A program made the position numbers and the translations under genes. A stretch of DNA of 62,436 nucleotides, the filler included, from Kipferlia bialata (taxonomy: Eukaryota): NCBI GenBank assembly GCA_003568945.1. It is 5 parts of 5 records of this genome, joined end to end, with 100 filler letters (N's around TTAATTAATTAA, not from the genome) between each part and the next. Parts side by side here need not be neighbours in the genome. Positions count along the whole stretch, not along the records: positions 56,266 to 62,436 come from BDIP01000560.1; 4 more parts are not named here. The stretch is one strand, 5' to 3'. Positions 60,401-62,436 of the stretch are shown here, piece by piece. The notes beneath the pieces are model-generated. The model was not told the origin of the DNA and did no database searches. It was given only the letters and a program-made list of their open reading frames with translations. Each line of letters starts with the position of its first letter. The first letter of the stretch is position 1.

Positions 60401-62380
60401 GCTTCCCTTTGCCTCTGATCTCATGGATCAGGGTGCAGCCGGGGAAGGAGAACTGGCGGGCCTCTGTCACAGGGAGCTTGAAGGGCTTGAAACGAGCCCT
60501 GAAGTCACTCTGGCTGTAGAACGACTTGAGGGCCGAGACGCTGGCCAGGTGCCTCTCGGTCAGGTCCTTGACTGCCGTCTCAGAGAGGGGGTCACGGATG
60601 GCCCCCCTGAGCTGCTCGGCCACTGCCATGAACCCCTCCATCGGAATGGAGGGGGGCACATGCAGGATCTGCAGGGACGGGGACGAGCGCTCACTTGCCT
60701 TGTACAGGATGATCATGCGCTCAATACTCCGGCCCTCGCTGCATATAGACTCCACGTACTCCTGGATGACGCGCTGCTGCGAGTCCGACCAGAGGTTGGC
60801 ATCGGCGGCCTTCACAGGGGCAGGGGAGTCCCCAGCAGGCAGGGCCCCTGCGGCCTTCTTAGCCTTCTTGCCCCTCCTAGGCGCATGGGTCACGGAGGCG
60901 TTGCAGAGGCGGGAGGCCATGATGGGCACCCATGTATTGGGCCCAAACCTGGCAGACTGGGAGGAACCCATGTTGTCAGCAGAGTACAGGTTGAGGTAGC
61001 AGTCGACGGGACGGGTCTCGCCAGAGGCCTTTGAGCCACGGTATGCGTGGTACCGCTTGGAGATGATGGCTGTGGTGGGTAACCAACGCATGGGGAGAGA
61101 CGTGTTGCTGATGTTGAGGATCTCCAGGCTTGTTTGGAACCGACTGAAGCACTGCATGGAGGCAACGTGGCAGGGCGGGAGGGGCCTGGGGTCAGAGAGG
61201 CGACTCAAGAGTAGAAGAAGAATTGGAATGCTGGCTGGTGGCAATGTGATACCTGTGTGTCTGGGCGTGTTTCTTGAAGGTGATGAGGTGCTCGCTGCTG
61301 CTGTAGTTGGTGTTGAAGGCGTCGGACAGAGAGGGGGGCAGACACTCCAGCGCAGACTCGGGGAGGTCAGGCAGGGCCTCGAGGTCTGACAGCATCTTGA
61401 GACCTGCCTCGCCCAACCCCGACAGGAACCGAAGGTCCTCAATCAGCTGCAACAGAGCATATGCCTGGATGGTCCGAGGCACCTCTAAGCCCACCGTGTG
61501 CTTCATGGCCTCGAGCACATCCTCGTCCTGCCCGTCGTCCCCCTCCCACTCCTCCTCTCTGTCGTCGTCACTGTGCTTGCCGTGGTGGGCCCTGTCCACC
61601 TGTCCGTTCAGGGTGAGCTCGAAGGGAATGTCTCGGCTGGTGGTCATCAAGGAGCTCATCACCAGCCCCCCCTGGCCCATAGCGCTGGAGCTGCCCATCT
61701 TCACAGACGTCTGCAGCGTGCTGCCGTCCCCACCCTCGGCCTCTGCACCCTCGGCGCCGGTGGTGAGAAGGAATGGATGCTTGCCCCCGTCCCTCTTGGT
61801 GGCCGGCTCTGACACACACACGTGGTTGTCAGTGAGGTACACAGTAACCTTGGGACTAGAAGCCACCGCGACAAGGCGCTCCTGGGGCTTGAGACTGAAG
61901 GAGTTATGCAGCTTCTGCACCGAGTCGAGCTCGTCGCTGGAGGACGCCCTGGCGATGGAGCAGAGGGTGCGGTACAGGTTGATGTCCATGGGGGGGGCAG
62001 CCACGTTGATAACAGCGATCCAACGCGCCATCTCGGCGGCGGTGGATGTCTTGAAGAAGTAGCACCGCTCCGACAGGAAGAAGATTCCGAATATGTACTT
62101 GTACATGGACCCCCGCTTGCCGTGGTCCTTGGACCTGTGGCCATCGGCGTCCTGGGCGTGGTTGGTCAGCAGCTGCTCTGCAGGGAACGCAAAGCACTCC
62201 CCAAGGCTGCACATGTGAGAGGGCTTCGTGTGGGCCCTGCTGCTGTACACATACAGGACCGGGTGGAACTCCTTCAGGTCGGGCTCCGTGCTCTGCAGAT
62301 CACCATCAGGGGCAAAGCGGGTGTTGTGAAGCACCACCCACTTGGTCTCGAAGGGGGACCGCACGGCCTTGGTAAAGAAC
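57414..62380 (-). CDS. Large multi-PH/GRAM-domain protein (over 1600 aa; 5' part outside the window)
   Basis: PH: ETKWVVLH..LYVYSS..YFFKTSTAAEMARWIAVIN. GRAM-like: FRARF..GGRLNVTQHHLAF and FQGSLVLTRDKMVF..IPYSDV. Second PH: FVCLSGSTLFLYRDS..LTRWAKEL. A 67-nt intron at 61186-61252 joins the two ORFs in frame. Confidence 0.75.
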
Positions 62381-62436
62381 CTGGGCCATAAGGGGGGGGG
62401 GGGGGAGATACACATACACACACTGTTTATTATACT

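Noticed and set aside
57303..62391. Long plus-strand ORFs opposite the PH/GRAM gene, and similar antisense ORFs at 27-29 kb and 36-37 kb
   Set aside because: Antisense shadows of GC3-rich coding sequence
1..62436. Alternative genetic code (TAA/TAG as Gln, as in hexamitid diplomonads)
   Set aside because: Conserved genes have no in-frame TAR codons and end in TAA, TAG or TGA
1..62436. tRNA, rRNA, snRNA genes or transposase/RT-bearing elements
   Set aside because: None recognised by eye; a covariance-model search would be needed to exclude divergent small RNAs

Overview
This is eukaryotic, intron-rich genomic DNA: five unrelated contigs joined by artificial 100-nt N/TTAATTAATTAA spacers, using the standard genetic code. 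The style (fused branch-point/acceptor CTCACCCYAG, CT/AT microsatellite introns, an anaerobe-type radical SAM gene) suggests a free-living metamonad such as Kipferlia; that assignment is inference only. Genes reconstructed by hand-splicing: an Aa_trans amino-acid transporter, a PflX-type radical SAM enzyme, two kinesins, a Kelch-like protein, two LRR proteins, a Sec3 C-terminal part, an Spt16 N-terminal part, a G-alpha, a BTB protein, an arrestin-fold protein, a STE20 kinase, a NACHT-LRR (NLR-like) gene with one LRR per exon, a large P-loop protein, a SART3/Prp24-like RRM protein and a PH/GRAM protein. The main discovery is that the long introns of five genes contain truncated 'echo' copies of the adjacent exon ends, splice sites included. 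These echoes differ from the real exon mostly at synonymous positions, which neutral decay of a duplicate does not explain well.
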